From NCBI RefSeq assembly GCF_964213995.1, contig NC_135808.1:50592001-50656000 (forward strand): DNA of 64,000 nt. Reading direction: 5' to 3'. The translations under genes and the position numbers were made by a program. This DNA is from Mustelus asterias (Eukaryota). Below are positions 50,656 through 63,274 of this stretch, in pieces (position 1 is the stretch's first letter; every line of letters begins with the position of its first letter). The notes beneath the pieces were generated by a model. That model searched no databases and had not been told where the DNA came from. It worked only from the letters and a program-made list of their open reading frames with translations.

Positions 50656-51607
50656 TGAAGATGGGAATGGGTTCATGAACTTTGTAACACTTAAGCATTG
50701 AGACCCGAACTCTGTAATACTTAGAGATTTGTGAGACTCACTGTGGAGCTCATTGTTTTTGTGTCTGTAGAACTTGTTTTCGTCACCCAGATAAGGGAAG
50801 CAGCTGCTGTGTACAAGTTCATGATTTTTCCCAGCTAATTGTATGTCAGGAATGTGGCTAACCCAGCTGGTATAAGCTAAGCTAGACTCCATTTTATGTT
50901 CAGTTATATTATGTATCTTTGTTTTACACGGTGGAGCTGACATGTATGCCTTCTGTGATCGTATAATCATAGATTCATATATATTCATTATATACTATTC
51001 ATCCTCACCGATATAAAGTGTTATATAGGCCCCTGTACATCAGTTAACTTGTTTGTGCAAACTTATAATCTAAACAACCCACAGGAGTCAAAGAACAAAG
51101 AACAAAGAACAGTACAGCACAGGAAACAGGCCCTTCGGCCCTCCAAGCCTGTGCCGCTCCTTGGTCCAACTAGACCAATCGTTTGTATCCCTCCATTCCC
51201 AGGCTGCTCATGTGACTATCCAGGTAAGTCTTAAACGATGTCAGCGTGCCTGCCTCCACCACCCTACTTGGCAGCGCATTCCAGGCCCCCACCACCCTCT
51301 GTGTAAAAATAACTGTGTAATATAACTGAACATAAAATGTCCACATAGAGATGACAAAACAGACAGCCTTGAGATGGCCATGATTACGCGGACTATGTGA
51401 AGGATGGAATCGCTGAGGCAGCAATAATCATGGGAAGATGCGGACGTGACCAGGGACGAAAATATATGTATAAATATTTGATCTTAACTCATATTCGGTG
51501 TGAAGTCTGGAGACCGCGTTAGGGATCGGACTTCTCCCACAATTGTGAAAATAAACCACTATACTTTGACTCACGACTAGTCTCAAAGGTATTATTTACC
51601 TCCAACA
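50656..51607 (+). mobile_element. Solo ERV LTR related to 13752-14427, containing a CR1 3' fragment (about 51090-51308, minus)
   Basis: TG...CA ends, 4-bp TSD ATGG (50652-50655, 51608-51611) and AATAAA at 51550. It splits the Gypsy integrase sequence IFVIHG|LPEALLSDSG. Confidence 0.9.
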
Positions 51608-52829
51608 ATGGTCTTCCTGAAGCGTTGCTATCAGACAGCGGAGCAGCATTCACGCTGATGAATTTCAGACTTTGGTCAAGTTTAATGACATTTGTCCTGT
51701 CAGGTCAGCCCCCGACCATCCTGCCTCGAATGGGTTGGCGGAGCGAGCCATGCTGACGTTCAAGGCTTCATGTGAAGCAGGTTCAAATGGCCGTTCCATT
51801 GTGATTGGGCAGTTATTTGCTGTCATACAACACTACACCTCACGCCATCACTGGGGTCATGCCGAGGTCACACCTGCAGAGTTGTTAATGGGTCGGTGCC
51901 TGTGTACCTGTTTAGATTTAGTGTCTCCAAATTTGTCGGGGGGTGGGGGTGGAGGCTCGGCAAGCCTCTCAGAAAGAATATTGTGACTCTCAGAAAGGGG
52001 ACGGATTGTTTAATGATGGCGACCTTGTGTTGAGAGGGAATTTGGGTGGCGGACCCACCTGGGTACCAGGGAGAGTTGTGGAGAAGACAGGACCAGTCTC
52101 ATATTTGGGGGAGACACCGGGCCGAAGAGTTAAGGAGCATGTTGGCTACCTACGCAAGAGTTTAGAGCCAGTTCCAGGAGCTGAGCAAGTGGGCCCTGTA
52201 TCCAGTTTGTGTGTAGCAGCCTCTGAACAAGACAGCTCCATGTCCATGGTGAGGCCAAGGCAGCCTCTGGCTTGGGTGGGTGAGTCAGAGGAAGGGGCCG
52301 TCCAGGGCCTAGCTCCAGAGGTGGTTAGCACATCCACCCCATCAGTGGATCCCGTGTCGATGGCTGCTGAAGAGCCCCTGACAGAGTTGCAGCGTTCCGC
52401 AAGGTTCTGGAAATCTCTGGACCAGCTGACATTATGAACTGTCTTTCCCTGGTGTCCCTTCTGTAATATTGTTGTTTCTCTGCCTATGTGTTAACTGTTT
52501 TACTTGGTGTTTTATCATAGGGAGTCCAAGATGTTACTGGGGAAGGAGTGTGTGAGCCTGGCCCCTTTAAGGGGCAATCCTTCACGGGCCACATGACCAG
52601 GCTGGAGCCAATGGAGTGTGAGGATGTGATATTGGGCCAATCGGGAGTGAGGGTGATCATTCCTGGGGCTGGAGGCTTCAGTTGGAGTCAGGATGTTGTT
52701 GGGAGTAGACCTGTATCGTTGTGCTGTTAAACCCTTCATTGTAAATAGTTCTCATCAATAAAGCCTTTAGTTAGTTATTTCCAAATCGAGTCTCCTCCAG
52801 TTATTACAATGAGCATCTGCACCACTTTG

Positions 52830-55700
52830 GATCACAACAGCTCTCTGATAACAGCAAATACACAGACTAACTATTAAACTGTAACAGTTTCACCAGCTGC
52901 TGTCACCCTCCCTACTTCCCTCCATTTATTCTGCATTCTCACCATCTCCCCTCGATTTCTCACTGAATCCTCCGGTTTCCTAGTCTTTCCTGTGGCCAGG
53001 TTCACCTGCCCCCTTCCCCTTGGGATTGTTCGATTGCTTTGTTCCATCAACTTTCTGGTTGTGGTCAGGGTTCTCTCCACTGCTCCCCGAGACATTCGGT
53101 CTGGGGCAGCGTCGATGTTTAACCTCCTGTCCCACCTTGGACTGAATACATAACCAGTGAGGGTCCGACCCACACGATGAGAGTTTGTCACCGTAAAGGA
53201 GTCAGGGATCTGTAGCAGAAAGTGTGAATAATGTCAGTCTCTAATCCTGCGGATAGGAATCTCATCCTGTCCATGGAAGCCTTTCACTGAAAGGTTAAAT
53301 CTCTGTTAACTGATCCTGTACTGACTAAACTGTCAATTCTCTGTCACTGCTAATTTGTGTTGGATTGTTTTTAATCTTTCAATCAATTGTATTTTGTCAT
53401 TTCTGTTGCTGTGGCGATAGCCTCTTGGTCAGGTTGTTGTTGTAAATGAGAATTGGTTCTCAACTGACTCACCTGGTTAAATAAAGATTCAGTAAAATAG
53501 ATGTCTAAGATAAAAGCAAAATACTGCGTCTGCTGAAATCTGAAACAAATCCCGGGCGTTCCGGTTCCCGGTGAACCATTACCTTATCCCTCACTCTGGC
53601 ATCTCCTGGGTCGTCGCTCGCCCTCAAGACTCTAGACTTGAAACGTTGACTCTGCTCTCTCTCCACAGATGCTGTCAGACCTGCTGAGATTTTCCAGCAT
53701 TTTCTGTGTTTGTGTGTGAACTTAATGACTCGGGAGACACAATGGCTCAGTGGTTAGCACTGCTGCCTCACAGCGCCAGGGACATGGGTTCAATTCCGGC
53801 CTGGTGTGACTGTGTGGAGTTTGCACATTCTCCCGGTGTCTGTGTGGGTTTCCTCCGGGTGCTCCAGTTTCCTCCAACACTCCAAAGGTTAGATTGATTG
53901 GCCAAGCTAAATTGACCATGAGTGTCCCAAGATGTGTAGGTTAGAGGGATTAGCAGGGTGAATAAATGGGGTTATGGGGATAGGGGCTGGGGAGGATTGT
54001 TGTCGGTGCAGATTAGCTGGGTCGATTGGCCTCCTTCTGCACTGTAGGGGTTCTATGAGGTAGAAAGCAATCTCCTGTGAGAATGCAGCAGTGTGTAGGG
54101 GAGGTTTGGACTGTCTTGAAAGTCTTCAAGAAGTTTCTATCCCTCTGCCCCTGATATGTTCCGTCATTATCTTCCTGTGATAAACTGATCAGAAATGTGA
54201 TTGTGTTTCTCCCAGCTCCTGTCACGGGCTGTGTAACTACTAATTCCTGTCAGTTTTCCTGTACATTGATAATATGGAATTTCTCCACAGTCTGATATGT
54301 GTGTGGAGGCACCGTACTAAATCTTATATCTTCAATATCTGTCCTAACATTATCTATCAATTCCTGAGACAACATGTCCCATCCCCTCCCTTCAGACTGT
54401 GAGTCAGTCATATTAATGAGTTGGAAGCCCTCTGGTCTACTGTCCCCCTGAAGTTGTATGTCTGTCATTGGATTCACTTCCTGCTCTGTCACTCACACTC
54501 CTCGTGACTCTTTTCTTACCCAGGGGGCACAAGTTTGGTCACTTTTCTGTAGCCCCATCAGCCAATAAGGTCAGAACGAGGCTGGTCAAATTGTCGCTCA
54601 CCTCCAGGCTCCCGATTGGAACATCCTGGTACTTGCCATCATTGGAGGGTAAATCCCGGGCATTCCGGTGCCCCCTTAACCATGACCTTATCCCTCACTC
54701 TGGCATGTCCTGGGGAGTCGCTCCCCCTCATTTCATTCTGCTCCTCCTGCTGCTGTGGGAGCTCAGACCTCAATTCCTGAAGCTGTCTACACAACTCTAC
54801 AATGTAGCTTCTTCTCCTCTCTTTCAATGGCCCAGTATCTTCACTTCCAGTGAGGCTCCCAGCTCTGCCTGTCATCATGGTGTTAATCCTGTGTTCCTAC
54901 TTTGTGTAGCTGATTAATACACTCACTAATACACCCACCCACCCTTTGTCCAGCTCTCCCTTTACCTGAACCCAACTTGTGGTCAGTTGTTGGGAAAAAT
55001 TATTTTTCCAGACCCTTCAATTGTCTCAAACACAGATTCCTTCTCATTTCTTGTTTTTTATTCCTTCTGGCCACGATTCTCCTCAAGTCAGTTTCTCTAT
55101 TGCCTCGATCGTTTAAAAAACTGTTTTCTTACTCTTTAGGCCATATTAACCATTTCATGTCAAAGGCGGTGTGGGGGGTGGGGAGGTCTCTCACTCTGGA
55201 TCTTTGCTTATCTCCCCCTGTCTGGTTCCAATGTCACAGCTGATGGCCAGATTATTAAATTCAGGTCTCTTCAGTAGTTTGTATGTTGTGTCCTTTTTCC
55301 CGCACTCCATCTCTGACCCTGAATCATTTGCTCAGAACCTTTTACACAGACAATAGTTCGCAACTTATCTGGTTCAGTTTGTCTGGAGGGACTTTCCAGT
55401 CCAATAAAGTGCTTTCATGTAAGGAGCGGTGAGAGTTCCTTTCAGAGTCTCACTGAGGTTCAGAACCGGACTCTGGACGGAACAGGAATGAGCGACTGGG
55501 ACAAGTTTTGTGTTAAAACAACCATTTTATTGAATAATGATAAAAAGAATATATAAGAAAGATAATGTGTATGAAAAGGAAGAAAGATAACTTTATTGAA
55601 AGGAGAAAGCACTCTGTATATATCTGAAGAATAGAAGACAGTCGGATGTTTGTTTAAACACAAACGATAACCCCAATTTGCTCTGTTCCATGACAGCTCC
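52830..55700 (-). mobile_element. Internally deleted, old ERV-related element in reverse orientation (boundaries uncertain)
   Basis: 54600-54960 (minus) encodes TGLTP..MMTGRA..DTGPLKERRRSYIVELCRQL..DKVMVK..PGF, homologous to the ERV integrase C-terminus. The flanks show only weak remnants. Confidence 0.55.
53731..54058 (+). mobile_element. HE1-type SINE (further partial copies at about 35950-36170 and 59603-59670)
   Basis: tRNA head, core and CR1-like tail. Confidence 0.85.
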
Positions 55701-58599
55701 CCCAGAATTGGTACACGTTACCCTCCCCTGGGTACACACATGCCCAAGTTGCTGAGTAACCTCAATGGGTGAACACTACAGTCAGTCACTTAAGGGGCGA
55801 TACGGTGGCACAGTGATTAGCACTGATGCCTCACAGGGCCAGGGAACCGGGTTCGATTCTCATCTTGGGTCACAGTCTGTGCTGAGTCTGCATGTTCTCC
55901 CCGTGTCTGTGTGGGTTTCCTCCGGGTGCTCCGGTTTCCTCCCACTGTCTGCAAGATGTGCTGGTTAGGAGTATTGGCCATGCCAAATTCTCCCTCAGTG
56001 TACCCAAACAGGGGTCAGAGTGTGGCGACGAGGTGATTTTCACAGTAACTTCATTGCAGCGTTAATGTAAGACTAATTGTTGCATTAAGAAATAAAATTT
56101 TGTTTAAACATTTCTGTTTCTAACCCTTCCTCCTGTTGTCCCTGGGTGACTATTCCACCTTGGCTGCAGCACTCAGTCTCTGAAACAATGTCTCTTTAAC
56201 CTGGATTTCTGGCTCCATTCCAGTCTTGTGAAGACTGTGACACTGTCTGTCCCAAAACAAATCTCAGTTCTTCCCACAGGGACCTCAATGTGAAGCAGAC
56301 TTTGTAATATTCAGCTTGTTGACGGAGCTCTTGATGATGTCTTCACATCTGTCATCAATCAGCTGTTATGTCCATCAATTAAACGTCATCTTCTGATGCT
56401 TCAGGTGAGCACTCCAGATAAGATTCCTCAGCGACTTGGTCTGTAGACCAAGGCTCACAGAATGCATCAGGTGATGAAGGAGCAGCGCTCAGAAAGCTCG
56501 TGCTACCAAATAAACCTGTTGGACATTAATCTGGTGTTGTGAGACTACTTACTGTGCCTACCCCAGTCCCACACCGGCAACACCACAGAATGCGGTAGAA
56601 CAGTACCTGTAATAAACAAGAAACAACTTATTTTAATATTCTAGCTTGAGAAAGTGGAGAAACAAAAGATTGAGTCTGAACAGCAGTTGTGTGGCCAGTC
56701 CAGAGAGAAAACACAATCTGGAAAAACAGCTCACCCCTGATTCTTCTTCTGAATGAATCAGAGCACAATCACAGCTGGGTTAAGATCAGTGTGGATCAAA
56801 TGAGAAAATACAAAATGAGTTCAAATATTAAAAATCAGAGCAGGGCAGAAATAAAATGTAAAATACAAAATTATAAAACTTAGTGGCAGCAGCAGGCCTC
56901 AGGCCGACACTCAGAATATTTTAAAAATAGAAATCAGGCCGATTTGACTTTTTTTCATTCATTCATGGGACATGGCATTGCTGGCTGGCCAGCAGTTATT
57001 GCCCATCCCTAGTTGCCCTTGAGAAGGTGGTGCTGAGCTGCCTTCTTGAATCACTGCAGCCCACGGGCTGTGGGTTGACCCACAATGCCACGAGGGAGGG
57101 AATTCCAGGATTTGAACCCAGCAACTGTGAAGGAACGGCGATATATTTCCAAGTCAGGAAAGTGAGTGGCTTGGAGATGAACTTGCAGGTAGTGGTATTC
57201 CCATGTATCTGCTGCCCTTGTCCTTCTAGATGGAAGTGGTCGTGGGTTTGGAAGGTGCTGTCTAAGGATTTTTGGTGAATTGCTGCAGTGCATCTTGTAG
57301 ATAGTACACACTGCTGCTACTGAGCGTCGGTGCTGGAGGGATTGAATGTTTGTAGATGTGGTGCCAATCAAGTGGGCTGCTTTGTCCGGGATTGTCAACC
57401 TTCTTGATTGTTGTTGGAGCTGCACCCACCCAGGCAAGTGGGGAGTGTTCCATCACACTCCTGACTTGTAGATGGTGAATAGGCTTTGGGGAGTCAGGAG
57501 ATGAGTTACTCACCGCAGTATTCCTTGCCTCTGACCTGCTCTTGTAGCCACTGTGTTTATGTGGTGCGTTCAATTGAGTTTCTGGTCAATGGTGACCCCA
57601 AGGATGTTGACAGTGGGGGATTCAGTGATGGTAACACCATTGAATGTCAAAGGGCATTAGAGTGTCTCTTATTGGTGATGGTCATTGCCTGGCATTTGTG
57701 TGGCGTGAATGTTACTTGCCACTTGTCAGCCCAAGCCTGGATATTGTCCAGGTCTTACTGCATTTGAACATGGACTGCTTCAGTATCTGAGGAGTCATGA
57801 CTGATGCTGAACATTGTGCAGTCATCAGCAAACATCCCCACTTCTGACCTTATGATGGAGGGAAGTTCATTGATGAAGCAGCTGAAGATTGTTGGGCCGA
57901 GGACACGACTCTGAGGAAGTCCAGACATTAACATGTTTTGTGTCTTTATCATCTTCCCCTCTGTTAAGAATTGGGGAAAATGAAAATAAACAAATGACAT
58001 TGGGATAAAACAGGGAGATGTCTGAAGAGATGTTGAGATGTGAATTGGCATCTCAGTGAGAAAAGCAAGTGTTTACTGAGGTACCTGAGGAAAGCAATGG
58101 GGTTTAGAAAAGATAACTTCAAAGTGGAGGGATAAGGAAATCGACACTGAAATGCCCAAAGCCGATTCCACAGGGTGGGTAACATCAAAGGGAAAGAATG
58201 ATATATCCATAGCACAGTGACTGGGGAAAAGGGGAGACAGACACAGACACAGCTAACATCAGCACACACTCAGCTGCAGAAACAGTCTCCTGAAAAGAAG
58301 CAGCAGGTTTCACCTTCACTGAAACTGAAGACAGTTTTCCCGAATGCTGACACATAACCTGTGTGTGGTAATTATTCACTGGATTTAGCTCACAGAGTTA
58401 CATAATATTGGATGTTGTTTTGGAACAAAGGGACATCTCAGTGTTCAGGAAACGTAGGTGATTGAGAACCAAGGGGTAGCTTCATGTAATAGTGTGTGTG
58501 TCTAGCCCTCAGTGTAGTTAAATATATTGTCGTGTATTCTCGAGCTTGTGTGTTTTTTTTCTTTTACCTGGATGAATATTCTGTATTAATTGTTCACAC

Positions 58600-60080
58600 A
58601 AAGACTGGACTATTTCTCCCTGGTTCACACACTTTTCCTCACAGGATGCCAGAGTGAAAATCGACACCACTCAGAACCAATGTTCCATGTTCCCATTCTG
58701 AGCTTTGAGATCCTCTCACATTTAACATCAGCGCGGTTCTTAACACCTCAAACAACATTCTCTTCTCTGGAAAGTAACTCTGGAGATTGTTGCTGGTGAT
58801 GTTTACATTTTAAAATGATTCCAGATCCGAATAGTTTTGTTGTTGAGCTGCCTGCTTTAACTCTGATACAAGTTACATTTCTGACAAACTTCAAGCTTTC
58901 GGGTTCATATTTTGGGAAGAGACAAACACATTTTAAACTCTTCCTTCAGCACAGAAGCTTTCAGCATTTGGATTTGTGTCAATTGTTGTCAAACCTTTTA
59001 AAATAAACATTTCCTGTTGAGAACTTGATCAGGACCCAAAGCTCAAATCTTTAAACTTTGTAAGAATTATAATTTCCACTTTCAAAACTGAAACTCCCTC
59101 TTCCTGATGTGTGTGGCTTTGTATCCAGATTGAAAATCCCACATGTTTATCAACACATGTTGGTGGTGTTGTGGAAAAGTTTGGAGGGATGTCAGAAGCT
59201 GCAGCGCGACATAGATAGGATGCAAGACTGGGCGGAGAAGTGGCAGATGGACTTCAACCCGGATAAATGTGTAGTGGTCCATTTTGGCAGGTCAAATGGG
59301 ATGAAGGAGTATAATATCAAGGGTAAGACTCTTAGCAGTGTAGAGGATCAGAAGGACCTTGGGGTCCGGGTCCATAGGACTCTTAAATCGGCCTCGCAGG
59401 TAGAGGAGGTGGTTAAGAAGGCATATGGTGTGCTGACCTTCATCAATCGAGGGACTGAGTTTAGGAGTCCGGGGATAATGATGCAGCTATATAAGACCCT
59501 TGATCAGTGTGTCCATATCAGATCCCCTGTCCCCAAGCAAAAGATACCATTGGCCCTGAAGGGGTTAAATCATTTTCTTTCAACATAAAGTAAAGGTTCT
59601 AAACCAATGTGCAAACTCCACACAGACAGTGACCCAAACCGGGAATCAAACCCAGGTCCCACTGTGCCACCTGGTTCTAAACCATGACCATGCTGTGGGA
59701 ATAAAAATCTTCAGATCAATTCTCAGAGTCTTAACGTTGCTGGCAATCTTGTTCCATTTGTGGATCTCTGGAAATAAAGACACAAGGTCCATTCTGCTCA
59801 GGGGAATGGATTCAGCAATCTGAAAGTTCAAGCTGTTGTTGCAAAGAGTTCACTCTGTGTTCGTCTGCAAGAGGTTGCTGCAAAGCTGCTTCATTTTCAA
59901 CACAGGGAAAAGCTGGTGTATCTTTAGAGAACAATCAAACTCTGCTTTCTGGACAGAAATCTCAACTCAAACCTTTTCACTTCAAACTTTGCTTTGTGTC
60001 ATTATATTGTCCTTGAATCCAACTCATTATCCACATTGTGAAGCTTCAAATTGCTGAAACTTCACACACAAATGAGAAAT
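58600..60080 (-). pseudogene. Possible ancient hAT transposase remnant, interrupted by CR1 59161-59500 and a SINE piece
   Basis: The minus strand at about 58780-58690 reads FPEKRMLFEVLRT.. and, in another frame, KCERISKLR, resembling the hAT dimerisation motif (CERSFSKL). It is heavily decayed. Confidence 0.35.
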
Positions 60081-60096
60081 TAGGGAAGGAAACACA

Positions 60097-63000
60097 TGGT
60101 CTCCACCTGGACCGAGCTGGGTTCAGTGTTCTGGCGAAGAGAGTAAATGGGGTGGTCAATAGGACTTTAAACTAGAGATTGGGGGGGAAGGGAAAGTCAG
60201 GGAACCAAGAGGTGAAGGAATCAGTGGGAAGCGTAGCTGCTTAGGATTACAAAAAATCACGAAAAGACAGCGCTCAGGAGAGGTTACGATAGTCCCCATC
60301 TCACAAAATATGACACAGTGTCTGGAAAGGCTCAGTAAACCAAGGTCCACCACACTACGAAAACAAAAAGGGACGGTCAATAGGGAATTAAAGGTGCTAT
60401 ATTTAAATGCCCGCAGTGTCCGGAACAAGGTAGATGAGCTTGTGGCCCAGATTGTGACTGGCAGGTATGATGTGGTAGGCATCACAGAGACATGGTTGCA
60501 GGGGGTTCAGGACTGGCAGTTAAACATCCAGGGATTCACAACCTATCGAAAAGACAGAGGGGTGGGTAGAGGGGGCGGGGTTGCCTTGTTAATTAGAAAT
60601 GAAATTAAATCAATAGCACTAAACGACATAGGGTCAGACGATGTGGAGTCTGTGTGGGTAGAGTTGAGGAACCACAAAGGCAAAAAAACCATAATGGGAG
60701 TTATGTACAGGCCTCCTGACAGTGGTCAGGACCAGGGGCACAAAATGCACCACGAAATAGAAAGGGCATGTCAGAAAGGCAAGGTCACAGTGATCATGGG
60801 GGATTTCAATATGCAGGTGGACTGGGTAAATAATGTTGCCAGTGGACCCAAAGAAAGGGAATTCATTGAATGTTTACAGGATGGCTTTTTGGAACAGCTT
60901 GTGATGGAGCCCACGAGGGAACAGGCTATTCTGGACTTAGTGTTATGTCATGAGCCAGACGTGATAAAAGATCTTAAAGTAAGGGAACACTTAGGAAGCA
61001 GTGATCATAATATGGTAGAATTCAGTCTGCAATTTGAAAGAAGGAAGGCAGAATCAGATGTGAAGGTTCTACAGTTAAATAAAGGTAATTACAGGCGCAT
61101 GAGGGAGGAACTGACAAAAATCGACTGGAAGCAGAGCCTAGTGGGAAAGACAGTAGAACAGCAATGGCAGGAGTTTCTGGGAGTAATTGAGGACACAGTG
61201 CAGAGGTTCATCCCAAACAAAAGAAAGGTTATCAGAGGGGGGATTAGGCAGCCATGGCTGACAAAGGAAGTCAGGGAATGCATCAAGGCAAAAGAGAGAG
61301 CCTATAATGTGGCAAAGAGTAGTGGGAAGTCAGAAGATTGGGAAGGCTATAAAAACAAACAGAGGATAACAAAGAGAGAAATAAGGAAGGAGAGGATCAA
61401 ATATGAAGGTAGGCTAGCCAGTAACATTAGGAATGATAGTAAAAGTTTCTTTAAATACATTAAAAACAAACGGGAGGCAAAAGTAGACATTGGGCCGCTC
61501 CAAAATGACGCTGGTAATCTCGTGATGGGAGACAAGGAAATAGCTGAGGAACTTAATAAGTACTTTGCGTCAGTCTTCACAGTAGAAGACATGAGTAATA
61601 TCCCAACAATTCAGGAAAGTCAGGGGGCAGAGTTGAATATGGTTGCCATCACAAAGGAGAAAGTGCTAGAGAAACTAAAAGGTCTGAAAATTGATAAATC
61701 TCCGGGCCCAGATGGGCTACATCCTAGAGTTCTAAAGGAGATAGCTGAAGAAATAGTGGAGGCGTTAGTTATGATCTTTCAAAAGTCACTGGAGTCAGGG
61801 AAAGTCCCAGAGGATTGGAAAATCGCTGTTGTAACCCCACTGTTCAAGAAGGGAACAAGAAAAAAGATGGAAAATTATAGGCCAATTAGCCTAACTTCAG
61901 TTGTTGGCAAAATTCTAGAATCCATCGTTAAGGATGAGATTTCTAAATTCTTGGAAGTGCAGGGTCGGATTAGGACAAGTCAGCATGGATTTAGTAAGGG
62001 GAGGTCGTGCCTGACAAACCTGTTAGAGTTCTTTGAAGAGATAACAAATAGGTTAGACCAAGGAGAGCCAATGGATGTTATCTATCTTGACTTCCAAAAG
62101 GCCTTTGACAAGGTGCCTCACGGGAGACTGCTGAGTAAAATAAGGGCCCATGGTATTCGAGGCAAGGTACTAACATGGATTGATGATTGGCTGTCAGACA
62201 GAAGGCAGAGAGTTGGGATAAAAGGTTCTTTCTCAGAATGGCAACCGGTGACAAGTGGTGTCCCGCAGGGTTCAGTGTTGGGGCCACAGCTGTTCTCTTT
62301 ATATATTAACGATCTAGATGACGGGACTGGGGGCATTCTGGCCAAGTTTGCCGATGATACAAAGATAGGTGGAGGGGCAGGTAGTATTGAGGAGGTGGGG
62401 AGGCTGCAGAAAGATTTAGACAGTTTAGGAGAGTGGTCCAAGAAGTGCCTGATGAAATTCAACGTGGGCAAGTGCGAGGTCGTGCACTTTGGAAAAAAGA
62501 ATAGAGGCATGGACTATTTTCTAAAGGGTGACAAAATTCATAATGCTAAAGTGCAAAGGGACTTGGGAGTCCTAGTCCAGGATTCTCTAAAGGTAAACTT
62601 GCAGGTTGAGTCCGTAATTAAGAAAGCAAATGTAATGTTGTCATTTATCTCAAGAGGCTTGGAATACAAAAGCAGGGATGTACTTCTGAGGCTTTATAAA
62701 GCACTGGTTAGGCCCCATTTGGAGTACTGTGAGCAATTTTGGGCCCCACACCTCAGGAAGGACATACTGGCACTGGAGCGGGTCCAGCGGAGATTCGCAC
62801 GGATGATCCCAGGAATGGTAGGCCTGACATACGATGAACGTCTGAGGATCGTGGGATTATATTCATTGGAGTTTAGGAGGTTGAGGGGAGATCTGATAGA
62901 AACTTACAAGATAATGAACGGCTTAGATAGGATGGACGTAGGGAAGTTGTTTCCATTAGCAGGGGAGACTAGGACGCGGGGGCACAGCCTTAGAATAAAA

Positions 63001-63274
63001 GGGAGTCACTTTAGAACAGAGATGAGGAGAAATTTCTTCAGCCAGAGAGTGGTAGGTCTGTGGAATTCATTGCCACAGAGGGCTGTGGAGGCCGAGACGT
63101 TGAGCGTCTTCAAGACAGAAATTGATAAATTCTTGATTTCTCGAGGAATTAAGGGCTATGGGGAGAGAGCGGGTAAATGGAGTTGAAATCAACCATGATT
63201 GAATGGTGGAGTGGACTCGATGGGCCGAATGGCCTTACTTCCGCTCCTATGTCTTATGGTCTTATGGTCTTATG
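60097..63274 (+). mobile_element. Young 5'-truncated CR1 (HER1-like) LINE
   Basis: Begins in the ORF1 esterase C-terminus (GLHL), continues through ORF2, and ends with a 3' UTR carrying the GATGGGCCGAATGGCC motif and a (TCTTATGG)n tail. Confidence 0.93.
60310..63186 (+). CDS. Intact CR1 LINE ORF2 (AP endonuclease + reverse transcriptase), 958 aa
   Basis: Uninterrupted ORF with YLNARS, ITETWL, MGDFN, SDH, KSPGPDG, YRPISLTS, DFQKAFD, GVPQGSVLGP and FADD. Confidence 0.96.
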   Translation: MTQCLERLSKPRSTTLRKQKGTVNRELKVLYLNARSVRNKVDELVAQIVTGRYDVVGITETWLQGVQDWQLNIQGFTTYRKDRGVGRGGGVALLIRNEIKSIALNDIGSDDVESVWVELRNHKGKKTIMGVMYRPPDSGQDQGHKMHHEIERACQKGKVTVIMGDFNMQVDWVNNVASGPKEREFIECLQDGFLEQLVMEPTREQAILDLVLCHEPDVIKDLKVREHLGSSDHNMVEFSLQFERRKAESDVKVLQLNKGNYRRMREELTKIDWKQSLVGKTVEQQWQEFLGVIEDTVQRFIPNKRKVIRGGIRQPWLTKEVRECIKAKERAYNVAKSSGKSEDWEGYKNKQRITKREIRKERIKYEGRLASNIRNDSKSFFKYIKNKREAKVDIGPLQNDAGNLVMGDKEIAEELNKYFASVFTVEDMSNIPTIQESQGAELNMVAITKEKVLEKLKGLKIDKSPGPDGLHPRVLKEIAEEIVEALVMIFQKSLESGKVPEDWKIAVVTPLFKKGTRKKMENYRPISLTSVVGKILESIVKDEISKFLEVQGRIRTSQHGFSKGRSCLTNLLEFFEEITNRLDQGEPMDVIYLDFQKAFDKVPHGRLLSKIRAHGIRGKVLTWIDDWLSDRRQRVGIKGSFSEWQPVTSGVPQGSVLGPQLFSLYINDLDDGTGGILAKFADDTKIGGGAGSIEEVGRLQKDLDSLGEWSKKCLMKFNVGKCEVVHFGKKNRGMDYFLKGDKIHNAKVQRDLGVLVQDSLKVNLQVESVIKKANVMLSFISRGLEYKSRDVLLRLYKALVRPHLEYCEQFWAPHLRKDILALERVQRRFARMIPGMVGLTYDERLRIVGLYSLEFRRLRGDLIETYKIMNGLDRMDVGKLFPLAGETRTRGHSLRIKGSHFRTEMRRNFFSQRVVGLWNSLPQRAVEAETLSVFKTEIDKFLISRGIKGYGERAGKWS

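Larger units (their letters stand above)
46846..52808 (+). mobile_element. Old Gypsy retrotransposon, 3' half (RT end, RNase H, integrase, PPT, 3' LTR about 52549-52808), interrupted by CR1s and the solo LTR
   Basis: LVHFDPSKPFGITCDASPY|GVGAVLSH...YSQIDKE; ARSYVWWPGID..C..C; PDHPASNGLAER; GPTWVPG..GPVSY. PPT GGGGAAGGAG is followed by a TG...CA LTR containing AATAAA. Confidence 0.85.

Noticed and set aside
56280-56404. Plus-strand exon-like segment (cccacag|...CAG|gtgagc)
   Set aside because: There are stops in all three frames and no partner exons were identified.
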